Source of the DNA: Candidatus Saganbacteria bacterium
Lineage (GTDB): Bacteria; Margulisbacteria; WOR-1; O2-12-FULL-45-9
Length of the DNA: 64,000 bases
Reading direction: 5' to 3'
Assembly (NCBI GenBank): GCA_016932255.1
Contig: JAFGDE010000019.1
Location: 8,614 to 72,613, forward strand
Part shown: positions 10,119 to 20,185 of the stretch, piece by piece
How the letters are laid out: every line of letters begins with the position of its first letter
Position numbering within the stretch: the stretch's first letter is position 1
Translations under genes and position numbers: made by a program
Notes under the pieces: generated by a model
Database searches by the model: none
The model's input: the letters and a program-made list of their open reading frames with translations, nothing else
What the model was told of the DNA's origin: nothing

Positions 10119-11222
10119 CTATTTCTCGATCACCAGGAAGTTCATCGGGTTGTCATTGCCCGCTGCTTTAGCAATAGCAAAAAGAAGTATCTTGCCTGAG
10201 ACCCGGGCAATGACCGCGTGCAACGTATAATTGTACGATCCGGTATCCATTGTCCCGTGGTAGACCCCATTGCTGTCCTGGCTGGTCAGGACCAGTTCAG
10301 CGTCAACGCCCGCTTCTCGCGTGCCTGTTTCCAAACTGGCGTAGGCAAAGCCCTTGATCGCGTTGGCAGTGGTCGGATGCGGTTCCCCTCCGACCGGGGT
10401 CGAAGTGCCAGCACCGGTGGTCGTGTCATATTCAAACATAAAGCCGTTATACTCCCGCGTAACGATGTCGGTAATGCTGAGGGTCTCTTTCTGGGCGCCG
10501 GCAAAACCGCCCTGGCCAGGGCCGCTGTCACCCATAAAAGCGCCTGAAGGCGTCAGGAAGACCTGCAGGTCGCTGCCGGTCTTGCTTAATTTGCCGTCGC
10601 TTAAAACATAATCGACCTCCTGGGAGGAATAGCACTGGGCCTTGGATATGTTATACGCCCGGTTGGAAAAATCATAGAGCCCGCCCGCGTCACGCACGAC
10701 CTCGGTCGTGCCGTAAGCCGCGTAAGTCGACTCATCCCAGCCCTGATAAGGCAGATTGATGTAATTGAAGTAACCGCTTGACGGCGTGGTGGTCGCTTTA
10801 GCCGCGCAGACGATCACATTATCATCGGAGCCGGCCGGCTTGACCAGCATAGCAACGTTGGGATACTCCAGCACATATGCGTCATGCGGCAGGAAACCGC
10901 TCAGGCTTGGGTCATCGGAAGCGGTGATCGTGGCTTTTTTAAAGCCCGTGGGCAGATCGGTAAAGGTCCCGCTGTAATAATAGCCGCTGGTCTCATTGGT
11001 GCCGACAAAGGTAGAATTCCCCAGTGTCCAGCTCCACCAGTCACCCGGGCTCTGTGAACCGTAATAGTTCGTTGTGCCATGGAGTGTAGTGGATGTCGCG
11101 GACGTTGTTGTTGCAGTGACTGTGGTCGTGGTCGTCTTGTTAGCCGTACCGCAACCAATAACAAAATAAAGCGGAACGATCAGGATCAGGGCCAGGGAGC
11201 AAAGCAACCATAATTTTTTCAT
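10119..11222 (-). CDS. Secreted lipoprotein, unknown function
   Basis: 367 aa with a signal peptide, lipobox VIGCG and a Thr-rich linker (NKTTTTTVTATTTSATSTT). I recognise no domain. Confidence 0.55.
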   Translation of the reverse strand: MKKLWLLCSLALILIVPLYFVIGCGTANKTTTTTVTATTTSATSTTLHGTTNYYGSQSPGDWWSWTLGNSTFVGTNETSGYYYSGTFTDLPTGFKKATITASDDPSLSGFLPHDAYVLEYPNVAMLVKPAGSDDNVIVCAAKATTTPSSGYFNYINLPYQGWDESTYAAYGTTEVVRDAGGLYDFSNRAYNISKAQCYSSQEVDYVLSDGKLSKTGSDLQVFLTPSGAFMGDSGPGQGGFAGAQKETLSITDIVTREYNGFMFEYDTTTGAGTSTPVGGEPHPTTANAIKGFAYASLETGTREAGVDAELVLTSQDSNGVYHGTMDTGSYNYTLHAVIARVSGKILLFAIAKAAGNDNPMNFLVIEK

Positions 11223-11288
11223 GGATCAAACACCTCCAACAGCAATTATTGCTCAGACAAGGCCTGTTTGTCAATCTATTTTGTGTTT

Positions 11289-12647
11289 TTAGAGGACCGT
11301 ACTGAGGCTGACGCCGATCATGTCAGAAACAGCGGGCACGGGATCGGAGAACTGAGCCATCCCGCTGGGCACCTGGTATAAGCGATAGAATACGTTGAGG
11401 TCAGTGCTCTTCACAAGCTGATAAGCCAGACTCATTTGCCAAATGAAATATGTGCCGGGATGGTCTTCGCCATACTTGAAGTCTCCGGTGGTCACATAGT
11501 CAGCCAGGGCTTCAAGTTCTAGATCATACGGCAGCCTCTGGCCGACTTTACAACCGATATCGACCGTGCCGTCCAGGATCAGCCGGTCGAAATTGTTCAG
11601 GCAGCAGAACTCATACTCATCAATGATGTCATGCCGGTACTGGCTGCCGACCTTGTCCAATCTCAGGACAACGGTCGTGCCGGTCTTCCAGGGATCGAAC
11701 ATTTTCTGTTCGATCTTGGCGTACATGCCGGAGTAGCCGGCCTTGAAATCCCCCACTCCCCAGAGCAGCTGGGTCAGCCAGCCGCTGTTCCAAAAATAGT
11801 TAAGGCCGACCTCGGCCAGGAAGTCATGATCACCGTCGATAAGAAAGAGATAACGCGGCTGAAAGGTTAAAGCCAATCGGCCGAACTTATATTTCATGAA
11901 GGTCGTCAGCTCGTGCACGCCGATCTTGCCGGATGTCGCCACCTGCCGGGTCACATAGCTGGTCGAAAGGGACAATCTGTCAATGCTGGCAGCGGCCGTG
12001 ACAGATGTTTTTGGCCGGATATAGATCATATTGTTCTCACTGGGGAAGAGGTCATCAAGATGCGGCACAACTCCCGGCCCGAGTTTAACGCTCCAGTCAA
12101 GGCCGGCCATTTTGAATTGGCTCTCGATATCGATCAGCTTTTCCGCCAGTGGCCGGCCATTATCCATATTAAAACCAGCATCAACAGTGTCCAGCCTGAC
12201 GCGCAAGGAAGAATCCTCAGAAAATCGCCGGGTCAGGGATAGCTTCAAACGGTAGTCCATATTACCGCCCCGCAAAGCGATCGTGGTCACCCGGGCGCGC
12301 GACATCAGGCTGCTGGAGAACGCCAGCTCCCTATCGCGCCTGTTCTGTTCGAATTTAAGTAGAGCGACCTCATTGCGCAGTTCAGCGACCAGCTTTTCGT
12401 CAACAACGCGGCGCGCGCTGAAATGACCGGAGAACTTGCTCAAGAAAACCGCCATCTCATAGCGAGAAATGTCCTGGTTGCCGCGAAAGGTGCCGTCAGG
12501 ATAGCCACGGGTCACCCCGAGTTTGACAAGTTCATAGACAGGGTCTTTGGCCCAGTGGGAATCCGGCATATCGTTAAACGTCTGTGCGCCAAGCGGAAAG
12601 TGAAAGCAGAGCAGAAATAATAGACTATATAAAACTGAAGATCTCAC
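11289..12647 (-). CDS. SLH-domain outer-membrane porin (OmpM / SLH-OprB-like architecture)
   Basis: 452 aa. Signal peptide, SLH motif FNDMPDSHWAKDPVYELVKLGVTRGYPDGTFRGNQDISRYEMAVFL, a coiled-coil linker, then a long alternating beta-strand region. Confidence 0.75.
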   Translation of the reverse strand: MRSSVLYSLLFLLCFHFPLGAQTFNDMPDSHWAKDPVYELVKLGVTRGYPDGTFRGNQDISRYEMAVFLSKFSGHFSARRVVDEKLVAELRNEVALLKFEQNRRDRELAFSSSLMSRARVTTIALRGGNMDYRLKLSLTRRFSEDSSLRVRLDTVDAGFNMDNGRPLAEKLIDIESQFKMAGLDWSVKLGPGVVPHLDDLFPSENNMIYIRPKTSVTAAASIDRLSLSTSYVTRQVATSGKIGVHELTTFMKYKFGRLALTFQPRYLFLIDGDHDFLAEVGLNYFWNSGWLTQLLWGVGDFKAGYSGMYAKIEQKMFDPWKTGTTVVLRLDKVGSQYRHDIIDEYEFCCLNNFDRLILDGTVDIGCKVGQRLPYDLELEALADYVTTGDFKYGEDHPGTYFIWQMSLAYQLVKSTDLNVFYRLYQVPSGMAQFSDPVPAVSDMIGVSLSTVL

Positions 12648-13743
12648 GCGCTATCTCCATGGCAGCCTGCGGCCGGCTGACCCGGCGGATATTATCGAGC
12701 AGTTTATGGAACTCGGCCGGCTCCTGCATCTCTTTGACTATTTCGACCACCCGTTCGGGATCGCGGCTGACCCGGCCGACGTTCTCGCGGACAACGAACT
12801 CAACATTGCCCTCTTCCTGGCCGGGCAGCCAGGAAGTGATGATGATCGGCAGGCCCATGGCCATGGCTTCAGCGATCGTGCCCGGCCCTGCTTTAGTGAT
12901 GATCAGGTCTGATTCAGCCATCAATTCATGGACCTGGTCGGTAAAGCCAAAGACCCGCATGGGAAAACGGAACTTCTTGGCCGCTCCTTTAAGCCGGGTC
13001 TCGAGGCTTTTATTGCGGCCGGCAATGACGATCAGCTGGACCTTGAGCTTTTCCTTGTCCATCTGCTCGATGATCTCATACATCTTGCCGGCACCCTCCC
13101 CGCCGCCCATTAATAATATGGTAAAGAGCTTGGGCTTAAGATGGTCCTTTTTGCGGGCTTCCTGTTTCTCCTTATCCTTAAGGAAGAACTTGGGGTCGAT
13201 CGGCATGCCGATAACTTTAAGCTTTTCTTCAAGCATGCCGTATTTCAGGGCCGCTTCCCTGGCCTGGGGCGTGGCCACGATACAGAGGTCAACCTCCGGC
13301 GTGATCCAGGCCCGGTGCAGGGTGACCGGATCAGTGATCACGACAATGAAAGGTATTTTCTTGCCGCTTTTCTCAATAGCTGTCGCGGTCAGGTGGTTGA
13401 CCATGGGATGGACCGAGACGATGATATCGGGTTCGCGCTCCTTGATCAGCCTGGTCAGCTCTTCCAAAATAAAAGGCCGGGACATCTGCTCCAGGGTCTC
13501 CAGTTTTTTCTCGTCATCCAGCCAGTAGTACAGCTGGCCCCACATCTGCGGATAATATTTGATGACCGGCGCGTAGAGCTTGGCAAAGACATTGAGAAAA
13601 CCGGAGCACTCGGCAAAAACGTCGACCATTGACTGCTCGTAGCCTGCCTTATGCAGGTGATCGACCGCGTTGATGATAGCATTGGCCGCGGAACGATGCC
13701 CGCCGCCGGTATCCGAGAAAAGATAGAGTATCTTCTTTTTCAT
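12625..13743 (-). CDS. MGDG-synthase-family (GT28-like) diacylglycerol glycosyltransferase
   Basis: 372 aa. N-terminus KILYLFSDTGGGHRSAANAI and C-terminal TKAGPGTIAEAMAMGLP are typical of the monoglycosyl-DAG synthase family. Confidence 0.8.
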   Translation of the reverse strand: MKKKILYLFSDTGGGHRSAANAIINAVDHLHKAGYEQSMVDVFAECSGFLNVFAKLYAPVIKYYPQMWGQLYYWLDDEKKLETLEQMSRPFILEELTRLIKEREPDIIVSVHPMVNHLTATAIEKSGKKIPFIVVITDPVTLHRAWITPEVDLCIVATPQAREAALKYGMLEEKLKVIGMPIDPKFFLKDKEKQEARKKDHLKPKLFTILLMGGGEGAGKMYEIIEQMDKEKLKVQLIVIAGRNKSLETRLKGAAKKFRFPMRVFGFTDQVHELMAESDLIITKAGPGTIAEAMAMGLPIIITSWLPGQEEGNVEFVVRENVGRVSRDPERVVEIVKEMQEPAEFHKLLDNIRRVSRPQAAMEIAREIFSFI

Positions 13744-13754
13744 ATTATTTTCCC

Positions 13755-13821
13755 ATTAGGAGCCTGAGACTAAACGTCTCGGCTCCTAATGGAACCGCGA
13801 AGTTCATTCGCAGGTTCCATT
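13755..13821. repeat. Two adjacent hairpins between the epimerase stop and the GT28 start; the second is an 'empty' type-B hairpin
   Basis: First hairpin: ATTAGGAGCC...GGCTCCTAAT (13755-13790). Second: AATGGAACCGCGAA-GTTCA-TTCGCAGGTTCCATT (13788-21). The same GGAACCGCGAAGTTCATTCGCAGG unit recurs at 37972-38003 and 56269-56287. It probably also acts as a terminator. Confidence 0.7.
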
Positions 13822-14746
13822 AGGCCGTTTCTTTTGTCCATTCGACCGTTCTTTCCAGTCCCTGCTTGATGTCGACCTCAGGCCGCCAGCCAAGCTCTTT
13901 CTTTACCCGGCCGGCATCGAGTACGCTGCGGAAGAGCTCCCCTGTCCTGGCCGGAGCGTAAACCGCTTCTTGCGGATATTTAAAGATCGCTTTAAGGTGC
14001 TTGAACAGCTCGTTGACCGAAACACCTTTGCCCGTGCCGATGTTATAGATCCTGCCCGCGCCCTGCTCCAGGGCCAGCAAGTTGGCCCGGGCCACGTCGG
14101 CCACATAAACATAGTCGCGCAGCTGTTTGCCGTCGCCGTAGATGGTCGGCTGCTCACCTTTGAGCAGTTTGCCGCAAAAAATGGCGATAACCCCGGCCTC
14201 ACCCAGCGGGTCCTGCCGCGGGCCGTAAACATTGCCATAGCGCAGGACCGTGTATTCCAGTCCCCGGGTAATCTTGTAGGCATGCAGGTACATCTCGACC
14301 GAGCGCTTGGTAATGGCATAGGGCGAGATCGGCTCCTGGGGATGGTCCTCGGCCGCGCCGTTCTTTTGTTCCACCTCGCCGTAGATCGCGCCGCCGGTCG
14401 AGGCAAAGACGATCTTCTTGACGCCGTTCTTGACCGCGGCATTGAGCAGATTGAGCGTGCCGAGCTCATTGACCTCGGCATTGAAGACCGGGTCCTCAAC
14501 CGATTTGCGCACGTCGATCTGCGCAGCGTGGTGATCGATGATCTCGGGGGAAAAAGCAGCGACCGCCTTGTCAACATCCTGGTCGCGCCTCAGATCGACC
14601 TCAAAGAAACGGGCCTTGGGGTTGAGGTTGGCCTTTTTCCCGGTGGAGAGGTTGTCGAGCACAGCAATTTCATGACCGGCCGCGATGAACGCGTCGACCA
14701 CGTTGGAGCCGATAAAACCAGCGCCGCCGGTAACCAGTATCTTCAT
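13820..14746 (-). CDS. NAD-dependent sugar epimerase (UDP-glucose 4-epimerase family)
   Basis: 308 aa with KILVTGGAGFIGSN and the SDR catalytic YxxxK (PYAITK). Confidence 0.85.
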   Translation of the reverse strand: MKILVTGGAGFIGSNVVDAFIAAGHEIAVLDNLSTGKKANLNPKARFFEVDLRRDQDVDKAVAAFSPEIIDHHAAQIDVRKSVEDPVFNAEVNELGTLNLLNAAVKNGVKKIVFASTGGAIYGEVEQKNGAAEDHPQEPISPYAITKRSVEMYLHAYKITRGLEYTVLRYGNVYGPRQDPLGEAGVIAIFCGKLLKGEQPTIYGDGKQLRDYVYVADVARANLLALEQGAGRIYNIGTGKGVSVNELFKHLKAIFKYPQEAVYAPARTGELFRSVLDAGRVKKELGWRPEVDIKQGLERTVEWTKETA

Positions 14747-15915
14747 CAGGCCGCTTTCTTCTTGGCTAGGCCCTCGTCATAGAGAGCCAGGACCTGCTTG
14801 ACGATAGTGCCCCAGTTGTACTTGGTCTCGACCAGCTTCCTGCCAGCCTTGCCCATTTCAACGGCCTTTTGCGGGTTGCCCAGCAGTTCGATGCATTTTT
14901 CTGCTATCGCGTGCGGGTCCTGCTTGGGCACCAGATAACCGGTCGTGCCGACGTCCATGACGGCGTTGGGCCCCGGGATGTCGGAAGAGATAACCGGGGT
15001 GTAATTGGCGAATGATTCCAGCTGAACAATGCCGAAGGCCTCCAGCCGGTTGATCGACGGGAAAACATAGACCAATGAGCTGTAAAACAGCCTGACCAGC
15101 TGGTCAAAAGTGACCATGCCGTACATTTCGATCGATTTGCGGATGCCCAGCTTGTCGATCAGGCCGTTGATATGGGCTTTTTCCTCGCCGTCGCCGCAGA
15201 TGACCAGTATGGTGTCCGGGAATTTGGCCAGGATCTCAGGCATGGCCTTGACCATGTAGTCGCAGCCCTTGTTGCCGGCCATGCGGCCCAGCCAGAGCAG
15301 CTGCTTTGGGTTCTTGTCTTTTTCCGTCAGGCCCAGTTTCCTCTGCATCTCATCGATATGGTCGTGGAAGATGCCAATCGGGATATGCCTGACATTGGGG
15401 ATATGCTTGAGCACCGGCGAAGTATCGGCATAGGTCTTGGTCGTGTTGTAAACAACATCGGCCCGCTTGAGCAGCATCCTGCCCATGACATTGGCGGGTT
15501 TTTCCACCGAGCGCACGAACCAACCCGGCACCGGGATGCCGTAATACTTTTCTGAGACCGTGATGTCGCAGTGGTATGTTACGATGACCGGCTGTTTGAC
15601 CTTCTGCACCACCGCGCGCAGGAAACCGAATGACGGTACATGGCAATGGATGATATCAAAATCCTTGAGCATATTGAGGTCGAGCGGCTTATTGGTCACG
15701 GGCAGGTAGCTGAACATGTTCTTGGCCGGCAAGCGGATCAGTTTGAAGCCGTTCATCATCTCTTCGGCCGGGGCTTTCTTTTCTTCCGGCAGGTTGGTCG
15801 AGATGACCGTAACCTGATGGCCAGCCTGGGTCAGGGCAATGGACAGGTCTTTGACATATTTTTCCGTGCCGCCTGTGTGGGGATAGAAATACGGGACCAG
15901 CATGCAGATCTTCAT
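14746..15915 (-). CDS. Glycosyltransferase family 4
   Basis: 389 aa with N-terminal GGTEKYV and the C-terminal GT4 signature FPSINRLEAFGIVQLESFA. Confidence 0.85.
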   Translation of the reverse strand: MKICMLVPYFYPHTGGTEKYVKDLSIALTQAGHQVTVISTNLPEEKKAPAEEMMNGFKLIRLPAKNMFSYLPVTNKPLDLNMLKDFDIIHCHVPSFGFLRAVVQKVKQPVIVTYHCDITVSEKYYGIPVPGWFVRSVEKPANVMGRMLLKRADVVYNTTKTYADTSPVLKHIPNVRHIPIGIFHDHIDEMQRKLGLTEKDKNPKQLLWLGRMAGNKGCDYMVKAMPEILAKFPDTILVICGDGEEKAHINGLIDKLGIRKSIEMYGMVTFDQLVRLFYSSLVYVFPSINRLEAFGIVQLESFANYTPVISSDIPGPNAVMDVGTTGYLVPKQDPHAIAEKCIELLGNPQKAVEMGKAGRKLVETKYNWGTIVKQVLALYDEGLAKKKAA

Positions 15916-15934
15916 TTTTGCCTCCTTGTATGGA

Positions 15935-16822
15935 TCACACTTTGCTGAGCGAGAACCTTGACTGCTTCCTTTGGTTGACCCGCTCGGAATACCAGTTCAA
16001 CCAGAAGTATTTGTCCAGTCCTTTGGAAAAAGATGGTAGCATATAGGGCCAGCGCATGCAAGACGAACAAATGTCCTCCCTGCCCTGGCGGCCGTTCTGA
16101 TTGAAGAAACAGGGGCTGACCTGCCGGCCGTCCGGCAGGATAGTCACGGTCGCTTCCCCGGCCCGGCAGCGCGGCGTGATGACCCGGTTGCCTCCCTGCC
16201 TGACCCATTCCAGGGCCGCCAGATCAAGTAAGACGCTCCGGCGGCGGAAAAAATATTTAATATGATTGATCGTGGCCGGTTCAAAACCCTGGGTGCCGTG
16301 AAAATCATAGACCGGTATGAAATAGACGGGGACGTGCAGTTTTTCCGCCAGGTCGACCATTTCAGGCATGTAAAGCACGCTGTCGCGGGTCAGGATGAAC
16401 TTGATGACCGCGTTTTGCCCCAGCTGCTGGGCCAGCTTGAGGCTCTTGACCGCGCTGTGGAAGCATTCCGTACCGCGGCTGCGGTCATGCATTTCCTCAA
16501 AGGGATAGTCAAGCGAGATGAACAACCGGTCAACATGGCTGCTGAGCAGTCTGGCTTTATCCGGGTAAAGGATGCCATTGGTCGTCAGCTCAACATGGAG
16601 ACCGGCGGCTTTAGCTTGCTGAACGATCTCTGGCAGGTCCGGCCGCAGCAGCGGTTCGCCACCCAGGATATTGAGGCGGTCAACGCCCAGATCCCTCAGA
16701 CGGCTGACAGCATAAGGCTTTTCTTCGATCTGCTGGTGCTCCTTAGTGTCCCAGATAGTGCAGAATTCACATGAGTCGTTGCAGCGAAGCGTTACATAAT
16801 AATTGGCCGTTCTGGTGCTCAT
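15935..16822 (-). CDS. Radical SAM enzyme
   Basis: 295 aa with the CxxxCxxC cluster motif (LRCNDSCEFC), GGEPLL, and extra C-terminal cysteines. Confidence 0.8.
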   Translation of the reverse strand: MSTRTANYYVTLRCNDSCEFCTIWDTKEHQQIEEKPYAVSRLRDLGVDRLNILGGEPLLRPDLPEIVQQAKAAGLHVELTTNGILYPDKARLLSSHVDRLFISLDYPFEEMHDRSRGTECFHSAVKSLKLAQQLGQNAVIKFILTRDSVLYMPEMVDLAEKLHVPVYFIPVYDFHGTQGFEPATINHIKYFFRRRSVLLDLAALEWVRQGGNRVITPRCRAGEATVTILPDGRQVSPCFFNQNGRQGREDICSSCMRWPYMLPSFSKGLDKYFWLNWYSERVNQRKQSRFSLSKV

Positions 16823-18078
16823 GCGTCGCGGAACCTGGGCAGGAATATACCCGCTACCCCTGTAAAGGCCACAATGTAGCCAAGGGCTGTCAAGGCCATT
16901 CTGACGCCGTAAATGTCAGCCATGAAGCCGGCTAGAATGACCGGAAAGACAAAAGCCGAGTTGATCAGCATGTTCTGCACGCCAAATACCCGTCCGCGGA
17001 CATGGCGCGGGATACGGTGCTGCAGGATCGTCTGGATCGATGAAGTGATAAAAATGTTGCCCAGGCCCAGCAAGCCGATCAGCAGTAAAGCGATCTTCAG
17101 TTCGGAAACACTGCCGATAAAGACCAGGGCAATGCCCGAAATGATAAAGCTGAGAATCACGATCGTTCCTTTGGTCATAAACCGGCGCAGTTGGTCAAGC
17201 AGCGCCAGGCCGACGATCATGCCGCCGCCGACCGCGATGATCAGGTAGCCGAAGTTCTTCTCGCCGATGCCCAGGACCTCCTTGGCATATGAGATGGCCA
17301 GCAAAGAGATGATGGCTATGGCAGAAGTGGCAACGAACAGCTTCAGCAATGAGAACATGACCACGCGGTTGCGCCAGATAAAAGTGATGCCGAACAACAA
17401 GTCCTCGCGGATCGATCTGCCCTGATGTTCGGAAGCCTTGACCAATGGTTTCAGCGGGACCAGGGCGACCGCGCCGGCGCCGATGAAATAAAGCACCGCA
17501 GCAACGACAAAAGTGCCTTCATTGCCAAAGATATTGACCAGCGGCGCGCCCAGGCCAAAGCCGATGACCGAAGCGCCCATCCAGGTGATCATGAACAATG
17601 AATTGGCCACAATCAGGTCGTGTTTCTTGACCAGCTCGGGTATCGAGGCTGTTTCCGCCGGTGCGAAGAACTGGGTCGCAGTATAGATCAGGAAGCTGAC
17701 CGCAAATATCAGGGAGAGCGACTTGTCGATCAACGGCACGATCAGCAGGATCAAGACACCCCGGATGATCGAGGTAATGACCAGGATGCCTTTTCTGTCC
17801 CACTTATCGACGAACACGCCGGCCAGCGGGCCAAAAAATAGTGAAGGCAGGCCGAAAGCCAGCAATGGGATGGACACGCCCAGGTTGGTCCCGGTCAGGT
17901 TATAAGCGATGATCATCAGGACGTAAACATAGACACGGTCAGCCAGCTGTGAATTGAGCTGGCCGAACCAGAGCGCCAGAAAACCGAAATTTGACAATAC
18001 TTTAGCGAAGCTTGCTCCCGGTTGCGGCGGCAGCTCAGCCGTGTTCTGGATATCGCTTTGATCGCTGATCTCTACCAT
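16819..18078 (-). CDS. MFS transporter
   Basis: 419 aa with about 12 hydrophobic helices and the MFS loop motif GVFVDKWDRKG. Confidence 0.85.
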   Translation of the reverse strand: MVEISDQSDIQNTAELPPQPGASFAKVLSNFGFLALWFGQLNSQLADRVYVYVLMIIAYNLTGTNLGVSIPLLAFGLPSLFFGPLAGVFVDKWDRKGILVITSIIRGVLILLIVPLIDKSLSLIFAVSFLIYTATQFFAPAETASIPELVKKHDLIVANSLFMITWMGASVIGFGLGAPLVNIFGNEGTFVVAAVLYFIGAGAVALVPLKPLVKASEHQGRSIREDLLFGITFIWRNRVVMFSLLKLFVATSAIAIISLLAISYAKEVLGIGEKNFGYLIIAVGGGMIVGLALLDQLRRFMTKGTIVILSFIISGIALVFIGSVSELKIALLLIGLLGLGNIFITSSIQTILQHRIPRHVRGRVFGVQNMLINSAFVFPVILAGFMADIYGVRMALTALGYIVAFTGVAGIFLPRFRDA

Positions 18079-18578
18079 TGTCTCAGATCCCTGCCCACAT
18101 GATCGCTGAGCGAATACTGCGGGTCTACGCCTTCCTGATAGATGCCTTCAATCACCACGAACTCCCGTTCAAAACTTTTGGCCAGTCTGCGCGACGGTCC
18201 GCCGGCCTTCAATTTCAGCAAGTGGTCCAGCAAAAGATCGAACAGCTCGGGATGGTGCTGGCCTTCGACCGTGCCCGCGTCAACTAATTTTAGCATATAA
18301 AGGCCGGAAGGCAGGCCTTCAGGGTCCTCTCTTAACGATTGGAATGTTTCCCTGACCTGGCACTGGGACACGATATCAAGGTTGCGGCCTTTGGCCAGCA
18401 AGTAATCAGCGTAGGTGAACGGCTCGACCCGGCCGCCGAAACGGGACGGCACGCGCCGCGCACCCTTGGCGATCGCCCGGACCTTGCCGTGCTCCCTGGT
18501 GAACAGGGTGACCAGCTTGTCCGCCTCCATGAACGGCGCTGTCTTGAGGCTTATTCCCCGCGCTTTGTAGGCAGCCAT
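18072..18578 (-). CDS. recO: DNA repair protein RecO (unusually short)
   Basis: 168 aa. The N-terminal OB-fold pattern YKARGISLKTAPFMEADKLVTLFTREHGKVRAIAKGARR is present. The zinc-finger/C-terminal domain seen in longer RecO proteins is absent. Confidence 0.75.
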   Translation of the reverse strand: MAAYKARGISLKTAPFMEADKLVTLFTREHGKVRAIAKGARRVPSRFGGRVEPFTYADYLLAKGRNLDIVSQCQVRETFQSLREDPEGLPSGLYMLKLVDAGTVEGQHHPELFDLLLDHLLKLKAGGPSRRLAKSFEREFVVIEGIYQEGVDPQYSLSDHVGRDLRQW

Positions 18579-20185
18579 ATTATAAAAGTCGCGCCCTTCC
18601 CCGGCCGGCTCTCCACCCTGATATCGCCGCCGTGTTCCTTGACACTGCGATACGCCACTGCCAACCCCATGCCGGTGCCATCTGCCTTGCTCGTATAAAA
18701 AGGATCGAAGATGCTCTCTATTGTATCAGGTTCAATACCCGTTCCGCCATCGCTGACGCGGATCTCAAGCCCGTCAGCGTCGGCCCTGGTAGCGATGTTC
18801 AAGCCGCCGCCGCAGGGCATGGCCTCGATAGCGTTAAGCACCAGATTAACGATGACCTGGGTCAGCTGGTCGGGATCAACTAAAATAACGATCCTGCCCG
18901 GCAGGTCCAGGCTCAGCGTGACGCCCTTCTTTTCCATTTGACTGCTGAACAGTGCTAGGGTTTCCCGGATCAGGCCGTTGACCTCGACCTGGCTGAGGCT
19001 CAGCCGGCCCGGCCGGCCGAATTTGAGCAGTTTCTCCACGATGCCGTTGATCCGGTCGATCTGGCGTTCCATCATCGCCTGGTACTTGACGATGAATTCC
19101 CTGTCCTCAAGGTTCTCGTCCAGCACCTGGGTCATGGCCTTGATCGAAGCCAGCGGGTTCTTGATCTCATGGGCCATGCCGGCCGAAAGAGTGCCTAAAG
19201 AGGCCAGTTTGTCCGCCCGAAGCAGGCTGCGCAGCAGCTGCTGGTTCTCAAGCGACAGGTCATTGATCGTTTTCTGATAGCGCGTCTCCCCCATGAAAAA
19301 GATCCGGTCCAGCAATCGCTGCAGCCGGTCCTTGACCGGCTGAAAGACCAGCACGGAGATAAAGACCACCAGGATCATGGTCAGCCAGGCGGGCACGCTG
19401 ACATAGCTGGACATGAACTGGTTGACCGCCAGCACAACCAGGACATAGAAGCCGGCGAACATCAGCGTCAGAAAGGAATAGAGCAGACCTTCCCTGATAA
19501 AAAGAGAGATGTCCAGCAAACGATGCTTGATAATGGCATAGACCGTGATCAGCAGATAGAGCGGCAGGGCGTAATTCGACAGCACGGGAAAATCAATGCC
19601 CCAGACCGGGAAAAAAGCCGTGACCCCGCCGCTAAAACCGACCAGACAGGCGACCAGCACGTAAAGCAGCTGGTTGCGGGTGCGGCCGACGGACCGGGCA
19701 TAGGCCTGGACCAGTCTGGCCAGCCCGTAAGTAAAACAGGCCACGATGAACAAAGCAAAGAACGAATAGACCGGCCCGGCCTGAGGGTAATAACGATAGC
19801 TCAAGACCGGCACGACGTCGGCCACGAACAAAGGGGTCAGGTCAAACGCAAGCAGGACCAGACCGAGCGCATAAACAAGATAAAGCAGGCCTTTCTCCCG
19901 GGCCAGGCGGCCGACCTGGGCCAGACTGAAGTGGAGAAAAAAGACCGGTAAAAAGACCGCGCCGACCAGGCCCAGCCTGGTCCAGAACAGCACCAGATCT
20001 TTGGCCTCGAACAGATCACCCATGAATTGGCCCAGACACCAGAGCGATAAACTGACCGAGAACAGGGCCAGGGCGATATTAGGCTGTTTCTCCCTGCCCT
20101 TGAGCAGAACGAACAGCCCCAACCCCAGCGAAGCTAAAGTAGTGACGACCAGTGCGGCCGAATTTAAGCTCATCACTTTTTCCAC
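18551..20185 (-). CDS. Membrane sensor histidine kinase (multi-TM N-terminus)
   Basis: 544 aa. Polytopic N-terminal half, H-box GMAHEIKNPL, and ATPase boxes NLVLNAIEAM, DGGTGI, GTGMGLAV. Confidence 0.85.
   Translation of the reverse strand: MEKVMSLNSAALVVTTLASLGLGLFVLLKGREKQPNIALALFSVSLSLWCLGQFMGDLFEAKDLVLFWTRLGLVGAVFLPVFFLHFSLAQVGRLAREKGLLYLVYALGLVLLAFDLTPLFVADVVPVLSYRYYPQAGPVYSFFALFIVACFTYGLARLVQAYARSVGRTRNQLLYVLVACLVGFSGGVTAFFPVWGIDFPVLSNYALPLYLLITVYAIIKHRLLDISLFIREGLLYSFLTLMFAGFYVLVVLAVNQFMSSYVSVPAWLTMILVVFISVLVFQPVKDRLQRLLDRIFFMGETRYQKTINDLSLENQQLLRSLLRADKLASLGTLSAGMAHEIKNPLASIKAMTQVLDENLEDREFIVKYQAMMERQIDRINGIVEKLLKFGRPGRLSLSQVEVNGLIRETLALFSSQMEKKGVTLSLDLPGRIVILVDPDQLTQVIVNLVLNAIEAMPCGGGLNIATRADADGLEIRVSDGGTGIEPDTIESIFDPFYTSKADGTGMGLAVAYRSVKEHGGDIRVESRPGKGATFIIWLPTKRGE

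Noticed and set aside
12584-13528. A 314-aa plus-strand ORF lies antisense to the GT28 glycosyltransferase.
   Set aside because: It is low-complexity and Ser/Arg-rich with no motifs, and it is fully contained in a well-supported gene on the other strand.
13903-14782. Long ORFs (224 aa minus, 270 aa plus) overlap the epimerase gene.
   Set aside because: They are Arg/Pro/Ser-rich shadow frames typical of GC-rich coding DNA. The in-frame epimerase has clear SDR motifs.
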